Positions 9,358 to 17,215 of a stretch of 64,000 nucleotides of DNA are shown here, one piece after another. This DNA is from a plasmid, in the sequence record NZ_CP102839.1; one strand, given 5' to 3'. Below the pieces are notes generated by a model. It saw nothing but the letters and a program-made list of their open reading frames with translations. It was not told the DNA's origin and did not search any database. Position 1 is the first letter of the stretch; the number at the start of each line of letters is the position of its first letter. A program made the translations under genes and the position numbers.

Positions 9358-9864
9358 ATGCAATCATTCCCCCTGTTCGTTTCCCGTGCTGTACCGGTGA
9401 TCATCAGTGACCATTGCCTGCGGCAGCAGCGCAGCTCCCTGCACCACACGTCATGCCAGATTAACCTGAGTTCAGGAAGTCACCTGCGCTCATGGCCTTT
9501 CTGCACGCTATCCAGGCGGGAAATAAGCGACCGGCAACCGGCTAAGCCCCGCGGTTACTGGTTCAGTCACTGTGGCCGGGATGTCATGTTTACGGGGCAT
9601 ATCGATGAGGCAGATCCTATGAAACAGGTCTACTACAACGAAGGCTGGAGCGGTTCGAGCAAGTATACGTTTGAAGTTTATCAGCAGGAGAACGGGAGTT
9701 ACCGGGCGCTGGTCCGCAAATGGAATGGCAAAATCAATAAGGTGCAGCAGGAAACACAGTACCTGTCTGACACGCGAGAGGGACTGAAACTCCAGGACTA
9801 TCCCCGCACGCGCCAGGTGAAAATATTTCTGAATTCTGACTTCTGGGAGAAGGGTGATGATTAA
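9358..9864 (+). CDS. hypothetical protein, first ORF of the leading-region array
   Basis: The start is fed directly by the conserved GGAG leader block. 168 aa with no recognisable domain. An internal alternative start MKQVYYNEG at 9619 has a GAGG RBS. Confidence 0.45.
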   Translation: MQSFPLFVSRAVPVIISDHCLRQQRSSLHHTSCQINLSSGSHLRSWPFCTLSRREISDRQPAKPRGYWFSHCGRDVMFTGHIDEADPMKQVYYNEGWSGSSKYTFEVYQQENGSYRALVRKWNGKINKVQQETQYLSDTREGLKLQDYPRTRQVKIFLNSDFWEKGDD

Positions 9865-10354
9865 GATGGTTAGCGTCGTTCCGCAGCCGGAAACGGTGAA
9901 GATGCTCCGGGGAAAAATGGGCATGACTGAAACCGCATTAGGGGCCGTCATGGGGTATGAACTGCGCGCCTGGCAGCGTAAGGAAGCCATCAGCGACGAC
10001 CTCAGTCAGTACAACAAGACCAGTCTTCGGCCGGGCGAATATAACATGCTGATGCTGATCGCCGGCGTGCATCCTGATTACCGCCTGAACAGGACATTCA
10101 GCCCGGATGATATGGTTAAAGAGCCTGCCACGGCCGAAGACGTTCGCCGCCTGCGTCTGGCGCTGGGGCTGAAACACGCAGAAATTGCAGCGCTGTTTGG
10201 CTATAAGCCGGCGTCATGGCAGACCAAAGAGAAGGCCGCACAGCGTGGCGTGAAGCTCAAGACCGGGGAATTCAACTTCCTGTTACTGCTGGCCGGTGAG
10301 CATCCGTCACTGCAGCTGGTTGAAAAAGTGAAACAAGATCAGCTGCCGACCTGA
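9854..10354 (+). CDS. tandem-HTH DNA-binding protein (internal duplication)
   Basis: Two homologous halves, each with an HTH-like segment ending ...LIAGVHP and ...LLAGEHP. There is no similarity to a known regulator that I can name. Confidence 0.5.
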   Translation: MMIKMVSVVPQPETVKMLRGKMGMTETALGAVMGYELRAWQRKEAISDDLSQYNKTSLRPGEYNMLMLIAGVHPDYRLNRTFSPDDMVKEPATAEDVRRLRLALGLKHAEIAALFGYKPASWQTKEKAAQRGVKLKTGEFNFLLLLAGEHPSLQLVEKVKQDQLPT

Positions 10355-10471
10355 TAAAAGCCCGTTAATTCTGGTTTTTTTATAAAATACTGTATTTACA
10401 TATAGGACAAAATGTCCTAATATATATTTGTGGCCGGGCAAGGTGCTCAGGTCCCCTACCGAGGGAAATAT

Positions 10472-10921
10472 ATGAAATTTTCAGCAGAAGAACTCAACAT
10501 TATCCGCCAGGCGGATGCCATTATTGCCAGCAAAATTACCACCACGGATTTTATTACCGGTGCAGACGCCGCGCGTTCCTTGCTGCGGTTTCGTCTTGCT
10601 GCAGAACCACGCGAATCATTCTGCGCGTTCTTTCTCAACAGTCAGAATGGCGTGATCGCCTTTGAAGAACTGTTTCAGGGAACTATCAACAGTGTCACCG
10701 TTCATCCGCGTATCGTCCTGCAACGCGCCCTGCATCATAATGCCGCCGCCGTGGTACTGGCGCATAACCATCCTTCCGCTTTCACTGAACCCAGTCAGGC
10801 TGACAAGCTGATCACCGAGCGTCTGGCGCAGGTGCTGGGGATGGTTGACGTCAAAGTCCTCGATCACCTGATTGTGGGCGGCTGCGATATTTTCTCTTTT
10901 GCTGAACATGGTCTGATTTGA
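10472..10921 (+). CDS. RadC-like JAB/MPN domain protein (UPF0758)
   Basis: ...AVVLAHNHPSAFTEPSQADKLIT... is the JAMM-like H-x-H-x7-S-x2-D motif of the RadC/YeeS family, which is common in plasmid leading regions. RBS GAGGGA before ATG 10472. Confidence 0.8.
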   Translation: MKFSAEELNIIRQADAIIASKITTTDFITGADAARSLLRFRLAAEPRESFCAFFLNSQNGVIAFEELFQGTINSVTVHPRIVLQRALHHNAAAVVLAHNHPSAFTEPSQADKLITERLAQVLGMVDVKVLDHLIVGGCDIFSFAEHGLI

Positions 10922-10965
10922 CAACCGCGGCCGCACAGTGGTGCGGCCGGCTCTGGAGGCTTGCT

Positions 10966-11232
10966 ATGGGCAATAAATATACCGTGCCACTGAACGTGGG
11001 CGCAATCCGCGAAAGCTGTTTCCGTCCCGCTGACAAATGGACCCCGCCGACGGGGGATGAACTCCGCTATTTGCTGGAAAATGTGCTCAACCTGAGTCAG
11101 GAGGGGCTTGCGCGACATGTTGGCGTTAACGGCAGAACGGTGCGCCGCTGGGTGAACGGAGAAAGCGACATCGCGTATTCCGTCTGGTGCATCCTTTGCA
11201 TCGATGCCGGCTTACCGCCGATCTGGAAATAG
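10966..11232 (+). CDS. small HTH-domain protein
   Basis: MGNKYTVPLN...LSQEGLARHVGVNGRTVRRWVNGES is an HTH. GGAGG RBS. Preceded by a GC hairpin. Confidence 0.5.
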   Translation: MGNKYTVPLNVGAIRESCFRPADKWTPPTGDELRYLLENVLNLSQEGLARHVGVNGRTVRRWVNGESDIAYSVWCILCIDAGLPPIWK

Positions 11233-11779
11233 CAGCGCAAAACACCGGCGCGAAAATGTGCTTCCTGAAGAGAAGCTGAAGGGCTTGTGCAACTGCGAAC
11301 CGCAGTACCGAACATCGGTACTGGAATCCAGTGAGGGGCTGAGCCGCTATCTGGCCGGGGCTGAAAACTGAGAAGGTGGCCGCCTCCTGCAGGGGCTGTA
11401 CGGGCATTAAACCTGTATTGCTCTGAAACGCGCTGTACGCCTCTCTGAGTGCTTCTTTAAAAAAGCTGCAACCTTCTCGCATTAATCGCTTTGACGTGTC
11501 CAGGCGCGCATTCAGCCCCATTCTGATTTGATTTCGGCCTGGTATTTGCCAGTGAGCCTACTTTAGATATCCGCAGAGCGTTTCCTTCCTGTTCATTTCA
11601 GGTCAGTTGCCGTCATTCCCTGGTGGCTCCACCGTTCCCTCAGCGGGTTCAGGCTATCGCGGGTGTCTGATGCCTGGACCTCTGCACCATGCCGGCAAAG
11701 TGCCGCCATCTGGATCTAAAAGCAATATTTACAGGGACAGGCGTCAAGGGAAAAACAAAGAAAAGTAATCATATAATGC

Positions 11780-11874
11780 TTGCTTTATATGGCTCATTAG
11801 ACGTATAATAATCACATCGAAAGGCAATGAGGCTTTTCGCGGTAGCGCCCCGACTGGCGCAGGAGTAAAAAATT
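11780..11874 (+). promoter_or_regulatory. leading-region promoter/leader cassette, copy 2
   Basis: TTGCTT at 11780, 18-nt spacer, TATAAT at 11804, hairpin (ggctcatt/aatgaggc), GTAGCGCCCCGACTGGCGCAGGAG, then ATG 11875. Confidence 0.7.
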
Positions 11875-12054
11875 ATGAGTAAAGCACTGACCCCTTCCCA
11901 GCTTAAAGCTGAACTGGACACGCAGAAAGATGCGCTGCTGAAGGCGTGCCTGTATGCCCTCAACGAAATCCCTAACCGCCGTTTAAGTGGTCCATATTCA
12001 TCCACGTATGCGCTGGCCGCGCAGGTCAGTAAACTGCTCCAGAGCTGCAAATAA
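11875..12054 (+). CDS. hypothetical 59-aa protein (below the ORF-track cutoff)
   Basis: MSKALTPSQLKAELDTQKDALLKACLYALNEIPNRRLSGPYSSTYALAAQVSKLLQSCK sits directly behind cassette copy 2. It is followed by a GC hairpin at 12063-12081. Confidence 0.45.
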   Translation: MSKALTPSQLKAELDTQKDALLKACLYALNEIPNRRLSGPYSSTYALAAQVSKLLQSCK

Positions 12055-12094
12055 TCATTGAAGGGCTGGCATTACCAGCCCTGTTCAACCCTTA

Positions 12095-12126
12095 CGGTAG
12101 CGCCCCGCATGGCGCAGGAGTCTGAA
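12095..12126 (+). promoter_or_regulatory. partial cassette, 3' leader block only
   Basis: cGGTAGCGCCCCGcaTGGCGCAGGAGtctgaa then ATG 12127. Confidence 0.5.
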
Positions 12127-12987
12127 ATGTCATCTAAAAATACTCTCCCGTCAGTCGATCTGATGTACTGCCAGCATGGCGGTGAAGTGATCCCGTCCAT
12201 TGCTATTGAGCGCATCATCTCGTTGCGGGATGAAGGTATCCGCGTCTATCTCGACGGCATAGACAAGCTGCGAAAAGCGCGCGATCTGATGCAGCAGGCC
12301 GGAGGCTGCCAGTACCTCTATGACTACGACAAAGCCGTAGAGAGCGCCATCAAATGGAGCGACACCACGCCAGATCAGGCCGAAACGGCTATTTCCCGCG
12401 TTATCGACGGAAAAATCTGGGATCGGCTGATGACGGAAACCGGTATGTATACGCTGATGAGCAACAAGCAACGTCAGGAATGGGATCGGCAGGTGGCAGG
12501 CAAAGAAATGCCGCCGATAACGCTGGATAACGTTATGAGTACGTTCCGGCACCTGAACGCAAGCAAGGCTGATACCTTCACGCAAGGGCTGATTGATATC
12601 TTTAAATCCCTGTCGTGGGATTATAAAACCAATAACCCCTGCATGTTTGGCAAGCGTATCATCATCGCGCCGTTGCTCGATGTCTGGCGCAGTGGCTGGG
12701 TGCGCTTCAGCTCAGACGGGCACACCAAAATTGACGATCTGGCGCGGCCGTTCTACGTGCTGGACGGGCGTAACGTGCCTGATTACCGCGTTTCTGACGG
12801 TGCCAGACTGGATGCCTTTTTCAGTGAAAACCAGTTCAACGGTAAGGTGTTCGAGTGTGATTACTTCAGCGTGCGATATTACAAAAAGGGCAGCGCCCAC
12901 ATTACGTTTAAACGCCCGGAGCTGGTTGAGAAGATCAATAATCTGGTTGCCAGTCACTATCCCGGAATGTTACCCCCTCGCGTGTAA
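12127..12987 (+). CDS. hypothetical 286-aa leading-region protein
   Basis: MSSKNTLPSVDLMYCQHGGEV... is fed by the leader block. It is the largest unknown ORF in the array and has no recognisable motif. The ORF-track start 12058 is an upstream extension. Confidence 0.6.
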   Translation: MSSKNTLPSVDLMYCQHGGEVIPSIAIERIISLRDEGIRVYLDGIDKLRKARDLMQQAGGCQYLYDYDKAVESAIKWSDTTPDQAETAISRVIDGKIWDRLMTETGMYTLMSNKQRQEWDRQVAGKEMPPITLDNVMSTFRHLNASKADTFTQGLIDIFKSLSWDYKTNNPCMFGKRIIIAPLLDVWRSGWVRFSSDGHTKIDDLARPFYVLDGRNVPDYRVSDGARLDAFFSENQFNGKVFECDYFSVRYYKKGSAHITFKRPELVEKINNLVASHYPGMLPPRV

Positions 12988-13082
12988 TGCAGACGGCAGG
13001 CCGCATTTGCGGCCTGAAATATAAACAGGGAAAGGAAGTATTCCCCGGCCTGAGAAAATCATGCCGGGCATGTATTTATTGC

Positions 13083-13176
13083 TTGAATAATATGGCTCAT
13101 TAGACGTATAATGATCACATCGAAAGGCAATGAGGCTTTTCGCGGTACCGCCCCGACTGGCGCAGGAGTAATAAAC
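13083..13176 (+). promoter_or_regulatory. leading-region promoter/leader cassette, copy 3
   Basis: TTGAAT 13083, 18-nt spacer, TATAAT 13107, hairpin, GTAcCGCCCCGACTGGCGCAGGAG, then ATG 13177. Confidence 0.7.
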
Positions 13177-13515
13177 ATGGCTATTCAATCCCTTCAGTTC
13201 CGTAACGGCTCCGTTTCTCTTGGTGATGTTTTTGTTTCCAGCTGGGGTTATGAGCAGACAAATACCTGTTTTTATCAGGTGATCGCCCTGCGCGGTAAGA
13301 AAACCGCTGTACTGCGCCGCATCGCTGCGCAGCAGGTGAAAGCAGACAGTGCAATGTCTGGCGAGTTAAAGCCGGTATTGAACGACTTTAAAGGCGAACC
13401 CGTGACCCGTCGCATCTGTGAAAACCATGAGCATCCGTCTGTCAGCATTGACGAGTACGAACAGGCTTATAAGACCGATCCTAACGAAAGCCATTTTTAC
13501 AGCACCTGGGGCTGA
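13177..13515 (+). CDS. hypothetical 112-aa protein
   Basis: MAIQSLQFRNGSVSLGDVFV... sits behind cassette copy 3. Confidence 0.55.
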   Translation: MAIQSLQFRNGSVSLGDVFVSSWGYEQTNTCFYQVIALRGKKTAVLRRIAAQQVKADSAMSGELKPVLNDFKGEPVTRRICENHEHPSVSIDEYEQAYKTDPNESHFYSTWG

Positions 13516-13612
13516 CCGCCTGCCACGCCCCGCAAGGGGCGTATAGTCGAAGACTTATTCAACCAAAACGTGAATACTATGCGAAATAACAAGGCGCTCA
13601 GGACGCAGATAC

Positions 13613-13843
13613 ATGGCGGAAACAGTTTATCAGGCGCGGAGGCGTTTTTACCTTCTCCGTTTTCGGCGCAGTCGTAACCCGGACACACTGGAAAAAATGT
13701 ACGAATCCATGCGGGATCGTGGACAGGTGCCGGAGGAGGACACCGCGGCTTTTGAGGCTGCCGCCGACCATCGCCGCGCAGAGCTGGCATCGGGATGCAT
13801 CTGGGATAAGATCCCGCCGCATGTCTGGCAGTATGTAAAATAA
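13613..13843 (+). CDS. hypothetical 76-aa protein
   Basis: MAETVYQARRRFYLLRF... has no cassette upstream and only a weak RBS. It is followed by a rho-independent terminator. Confidence 0.4.
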   Translation: MAETVYQARRRFYLLRFRRSRNPDTLEKMYESMRDRGQVPEEDTAAFEAAADHRRAELASGCIWDKIPPHVWQYVK

Positions 13844-13848
13844 TCACA

Positions 13849-13873
13849 GCGCCCCCACGAGGGGCGTTTTTTT
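13849..13873 (+). terminator. rho-independent terminator
   Basis: gcgcccccacgaggggcg stem followed by T7. Confidence 0.6.
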
Positions 13874-13903
13874 GCTTGCGCATATGTCTCATTAGACGTA
13901 TAA
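13870..13903 (+). promoter_or_regulatory. partial cassette, promoter half only
   Basis: TTGCTTgcgcatatgtctcattagacgTATAAT. The leader half is replaced by unrelated sequence. Confidence 0.45.
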
Positions 13904-13954
13904 TGTTTTTACTGATTCAAATCAGTACCTTCCTAAATAGCCTTACAGGTGCAT

Positions 13955-14068
13955 TATGACCTCTTCTGAAATCCTCCATAACCTCCCTCAGATTATCACG
14001 GCCGTGGCCGCCCTCATTACTGCCATTACCGGGCTGATTAAAGTCATGAAGGATAAGGGTAAGGACTG
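13955..14068 (+). CDS. putative 37-aa single-helix membrane peptide
   Basis: MTSSEILHNLPQIITAVAALITAITGLIKVMKDKGKD: hydrophobic core with a basic tail. Lies behind the partial promoter copy and is followed by a GC hairpin. Confidence 0.3.
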
Positions 14069-14104
14069 AACCGCCGCAGGGGGCGACAGCCCCCTGCATC
14101 CCTA

Positions 14105-14141
14105 ACCGGCAGCGCCCCGACTGGCGCAGGAGTAAAAAAAA
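14105..14141 (+). promoter_or_regulatory. partial cassette, 3' leader block only
   Basis: ccGGcAGCGCCCCGACTGGCGCAGGAGtaaaaaaaa then GTG 14142. Confidence 0.5.
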
Positions 14142-14378
14142 GTGACAACGCTGCATATTCAAGACATTCCCACTGATGGCGCGCCGCCTGTTTGTGCAGG
14201 CCGCTCAATCTCAGATGATGACCTTTGCGCCTCATGCCAGCATCTCGACTATCGCCCTGGGCACCTCAGCGCCTGCCTGCTGTCAGGTTGCGGGCGTGAC
14301 GACTGGCCTTCAGAACTGGATGCAAACGGCTACAGCGTTGCCTGTAGCGGCTATGAGCGTGAAAAATCGCTTGATTAA
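14142..14378 (+). CDS. hypothetical Cys-rich 78-aa protein (GTG start)
   Basis: ...CAGRSISDDDLCASCQHLDY...CLLSGCG...VACSGYE has at least 7 Cys, so it is possibly metal-binding. Confidence 0.45.
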   Translation: MTTLHIQDIPTDGAPPVCAGRSISDDDLCASCQHLDYRPGHLSACLLSGCGRDDWPSELDANGYSVACSGYEREKSLD

Positions 14379-14462
14379 CATGGCTCATTAGACGTACAAT
14401 AATTACATCGAAAGGCATCCGGTCTTTCGCGGCAGCGCCCCGTCTGGCGCAGGAGTTTTACA
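14371..14462 (+). promoter_or_regulatory. leading-region promoter/leader cassette, copy 4
   Basis: TTGATT 14371, 18-nt spacer, TACAAT 14395, hairpin, GcAGCGCCCCGtCTGGCGCAGGAG, then ATG 14463. Confidence 0.65.
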
Positions 14463-14873
14463 ATGCACGGTAACGTAAATGAAATTTGCGCAAGGCTTCT
14501 CGACAGTTTTGATCCACAGCAGCGGATCAGCCTGCTGATCTGGACTGCTGAAGATGTCCATGACTGCACCAGTGATATGAACCTCACTGACGATGAGGCC
14601 GAAGCCGTTCTGGCAGAAATCGCGGAATGCAGTTCACACAGCCGTTATGGCGTCGGAAAAGATACCGTCTGGAGCCTGGCAAAGCAGGTGCGCGAAGATG
14701 CCGCCCGCGATCGAAAAATAGAGGTCAATGCCGAGGCGCTGCAAAAAGTCGTGGCGCTGGCGGCGCAGTTTATCCGGCTGGAAGAAATCCAGTCTGGTGA
14801 AGGAGCTGCACGCCGACTTTATCCGCAGGAGTCTGAGGCGCTGGAGTGCATCACGAAGGTGATTAACGGCTAA
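14463..14873 (+). CDS. hypothetical acidic 136-aa protein
   Basis: MHGNVNEICARLLDSFDPQQ... is strongly acidic (D/E-rich), which is compatible with a DNA-mimic but unproven. Confidence 0.55.
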   Translation: MHGNVNEICARLLDSFDPQQRISLLIWTAEDVHDCTSDMNLTDDEAEAVLAEIAECSSHSRYGVGKDTVWSLAKQVREDAARDRKIEVNAEALQKVVALAAQFIRLEEIQSGEGAARRLYPQESEALECITKVING

Positions 14874-14900
14874 TTCACGCAGTAACGCAGCGAACTTTCA

Positions 14901-14934
14901 CAGTAGCGCCCCGACTGGCGCAGGAGGAAAAAAC
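14901..14934 (+). promoter_or_regulatory. partial cassette, 3' leader block only
   Basis: caGTAGCGCCCCGACTGGCGCAGGAGgaaaaaac then ATG 14935. Confidence 0.5.
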
Positions 14935-15240
14935 ATGTCCCAGAATGAAGCCTATTACGACACGCTGGCCCTGATTGAAAAGGGGCAATGGTGTTTCGGC
15001 AGTATGGACGAAGAAAACGAAGAGCGGGCAATCAAGGCCGCTAAGGCGCTGGCGCTGTTTGCGCGCCTGAATGAGCAGGACTGCGACGGACACCCGGTTT
15101 CCGAAATCATCGTTGATTTTATCGCTAACCTGATGCACCTGGGGGAAGCGATAAATTTTCGTGTGCTCGATGAGGAAAGCGCGGTGATCCCGTTGGTCAG
15201 GATCGCAGCCGTACACTTTAACGCTGAAACAACGTCATAG
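14935..15240 (+). CDS. hypothetical acidic 101-aa protein
   Basis: MSQNEAYYDTLALIEKGQWCFGSMDEENEE... sits behind the leader block. Confidence 0.55.
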   Translation: MSQNEAYYDTLALIEKGQWCFGSMDEENEERAIKAAKALALFARLNEQDCDGHPVSEIIVDFIANLMHLGEAINFRVLDEESAVIPLVRIAAVHFNAETTS

Positions 15241-15307
15241 TAATCATGTGAATCAGAAGGGGGCAGGCGTGATCCTGCCCCCAAAAATGGACAGGGGAAA
15301 GAGTTCT

Positions 15308-15343
15308 CCCGCCTGAAAATATTCAGGCAGGCGGGAATATTTT
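15308..15343 (+). terminator. rho-independent terminator
   Basis: cccgcctg...caggcggg stem followed by a T-rich run, immediately before cassette copy 5. Confidence 0.55.
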
Positions 15344-15345
15344 GC

Positions 15346-15439
15346 TTGATTAATATGGCTCATTAGACGTATAATAATCACATCGAAAGGCAATGAGGCT
15401 TTTCGCGGTAGCGCCCCGACTGGCGCAGGAGTACAGAAA
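15346..15439 (+). promoter_or_regulatory. leading-region promoter/leader cassette, copy 5
   Basis: TTGATT 15346, 18-nt spacer, TATAAT 15370, hairpin, GTAGCGCCCCGACTGGCGCAGGAG, then ATG 15440. Confidence 0.7.
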
Positions 15440-15880
15440 ATGTCTACTGAACTGAATCAACCCGCCATCACTGCACGCATTATCCCCAATAACCGCCGCA
15501 TGGCCTTTCTGCCACGCCTGTTCGGCGCCTGGTATCTCACAGGTGAGGCCGGTGTCTACAACCACGCACGTTCTCTCTGCGCCGATTATCAAGGCGGTTC
15601 CTGGGAGTTCGCCGAACTGTCTTGCGGTAGCGGCTTCATGTACCCACTGAGCGCAGAGCGCTTCACGGTATCGGTTAGCGGTAACTGGTTCGAAGGGGAA
15701 CTGTCCGCAGAAGCTACCGGTATCGTGCTGACCCTGTTCACCCTGAACCACATGATCTGGCACGCACATGATGCCGGCTATGAGCACATCTGCGACATGC
15801 TGATCACCCAGCAGGAAAAGCTCAAATTATATGCCGACCAGCACGCCGAAGCCGGTTTGATTTACCGCGCGATTGACTGA
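15440..15880 (+). CDS. ArdB/KlcA-family antirestriction protein
   Basis: ...AFLPRLFG...GEAGVY...LCADYQGGSWEFAEL..GSGFMYPL...GNWFEGELSAEATGIVLTLFTLN...LIYRAID matches the conserved KlcA/ArdB pattern (FLP..FG, LC..Y.GG.W, GF.MAP, GELSA.AAGIV.TLFAL, IYRAID). Confidence 0.8.
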   Translation: MSTELNQPAITARIIPNNRRMAFLPRLFGAWYLTGEAGVYNHARSLCADYQGGSWEFAELSCGSGFMYPLSAERFTVSVSGNWFEGELSAEATGIVLTLFTLNHMIWHAHDAGYEHICDMLITQQEKLKLYADQHAEAGLIYRAID

Positions 15881-15923
15881 AGCGGCGGCCCCCGCGAGGG
15901 GGCCAATACTGACAGGGGGAAAA

Positions 15924-16208
15924 ATGTTAACACTAACTGATATTCGCGCCAGCAATACGGTGCTGGTTACGGAATTTGACGGCGTGCGTGCTGTGCATTT
16001 CTGTCTGCATGAAAAATTAAGCGGTAGCGACAACGATCTGTGGTTTCCGCTTGCCAATGGGGCCGACCTGTTCGAGGCACTGGAAAGCATTATGTGCATC
16101 AATTTTGCCGCTGCTAACGTTGTCTCGCTGGAGTTCCTGCGGCAGAACGGGAAGTGCAAAGACTACCGGATCACCTACAACAAGGCCAAATTCAAGCCAT
16201 TATGTTAG
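15924..16208 (+). CDS. hypothetical 94-aa protein
   Basis: MLTLTDIRASNTVLVTEFDG... has a GGGGGA RBS. The ORF-track start 15873 is an upstream extension through a GC hairpin. Confidence 0.5.
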   Translation: MLTLTDIRASNTVLVTEFDGVRAVHFCLHEKLSGSDNDLWFPLANGADLFEALESIMCINFAAANVVSLEFLRQNGKCKDYRITYNKAKFKPLC

Positions 16209-16271
16209 ATATCTGACATCATTAAATGTTCATATTTGAACAAAATTAAATTAAAAAATACGTCTGATAAG

Positions 16272-16364
16272 TTGATAAAATGGCTCATTAGACGTATAAT
16301 TATTACATCGAAAGGCAGTTGAGCCTTTCGCGGTAGCGCCCCGACTGGCGACGAGGTAAAAAAA
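16272..16364 (+). promoter_or_regulatory. leading-region promoter/leader cassette, copy 6
   Basis: TTGATA 16272, 17-nt spacer, TATAAT 16295, hairpin, GTAGCGCCCCGACTGGCGacGAGG, then ATG 16365. Confidence 0.7.
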
Positions 16365-16598
16365 ATGGAACTCAATGATACTGCAAAATTACCTGACTCT
16401 GATGCACGGAAAATTAACGCCGTAGCGTCTCAGGCATACCCTCTTGGCCTCCTGCCTAATCTGAAAATTAACTTCTACTCTATTGACGCCATTCAACTTG
16501 AACTGCGTGACAACAGTGGTGATCTTATCTGGCGAGATTTCACGTTCTCCCGCGATTTTATCAACGGTTTTATGCCTTATATCAGACCAATAAATTAG
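16365..16598 (+). CDS. hypothetical 77-aa protein
   Basis: MELNDTAKLPDSDARKINAV... sits behind cassette copy 6. Confidence 0.5.
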   Translation: MELNDTAKLPDSDARKINAVASQAYPLGLLPNLKINFYSIDAIQLELRDNSGDLIWRDFTFSRDFINGFMPYIRPIN

Positions 16599-16651
16599 CA
16601 CTGAATATCGACGGGAGCGGGGGAGAAACTCCCCCGGAAGGAGATTAAGAA

Positions 16652-16972
16652 ATGGTATTAACCGGTATTGAAACAGTAAAGGTAGCGGTGATCTGTACAG
16701 GCCACGTCAGCCATCAAGATTCAGAGATTATCCCTGAGTTTCTCTGGAACAACTGGAAAGAATCCGGAGAGTTCTGGATAAGCAGTACTGCTCACGGTTG
16801 GTTATTTCGGTTGTGTGCTCTGCCCGATGAATGGGAGGAGCGTCTGAAAAATTTTGGAGTAAGTGATGGCTGCATATCAAATCTTAGAGTGCTGGAATGT
16901 GAAGGATATGACTGGGTTCATTTCCAGGCTGATGCACCCATCGTGGAGGAGCTTCAGCACTGGGACTGGTAA
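16652..16972 (+). CDS. hypothetical 106-aa protein
   Basis: MVLTGIETVKVAVICTGHVSHQDSEIIPEF... has a GGAGA RBS preceded by a gggagcgggggagaaactcccccgg hairpin. Confidence 0.5.
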   Translation: MVLTGIETVKVAVICTGHVSHQDSEIIPEFLWNNWKESGEFWISSTAHGWLFRLCALPDEWEERLKNFGVSDGCISNLRVLECEGYDWVHFQADAPIVEELQHWDW

Positions 16973-17074
16973 AAATCTGGAACACTAAAGGGGGTTTAAA
17001 AAGCAGAGAAAAAAAGGGAGCCGGATTGCGAGAACAATCCGGCAGGTTGACAAAAGAAAATGTGAGGTTTGCTT

Positions 17075-17206
17075 ATGTCATTATCCATTCTACAGCTTGC
17101 CGAGGATCTTGCAAAGGGTAAGCGAATGAGAGTACCACCGATGAACGGACCGGAGTGGCGACACTTCTGTTTCTGGCTTGAATATTACATGGGATACAGT
17201 ATGTAA
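17075..17206 (+). CDS. putative 43-aa ORF
   Basis: MSLSILQLAEDLAKGKRMRVPPMNGPEWRHFCFWLEYYMGYSM is followed 10 nt later by a + strand terminator. It competes with the antisense ORF 17073-17267, and the terminator polarity favours the + strand. Confidence 0.3.
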   Translation: MSLSILQLAEDLAKGKRMRVPPMNGPEWRHFCFWLEYYMGYSM

Positions 17207-17215
17207 AGTAACGAA

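Noticed and set aside
11126-11521. 131-aa minus-strand ORF in the 11.2-11.8 kb gap
   Set aside because: It has no RBS and opposes the uniformly + strand organisation. The region is more likely non-coding, with possible promoters or small RNAs not resolved.
9282-16364. CRISPR or integron-like array interpretation of the repeated 90-bp element
   Set aside because: The repeat units are 300-1300 bp apart with full ORFs and terminators between them. They contain promoter -35/-10 hexamers and an SD. There are no attC-like imperfect palindromes with GTTRRRY cores and no integrase nearby. This is a promoter/leader cassette, not CRISPR or gene cassettes.
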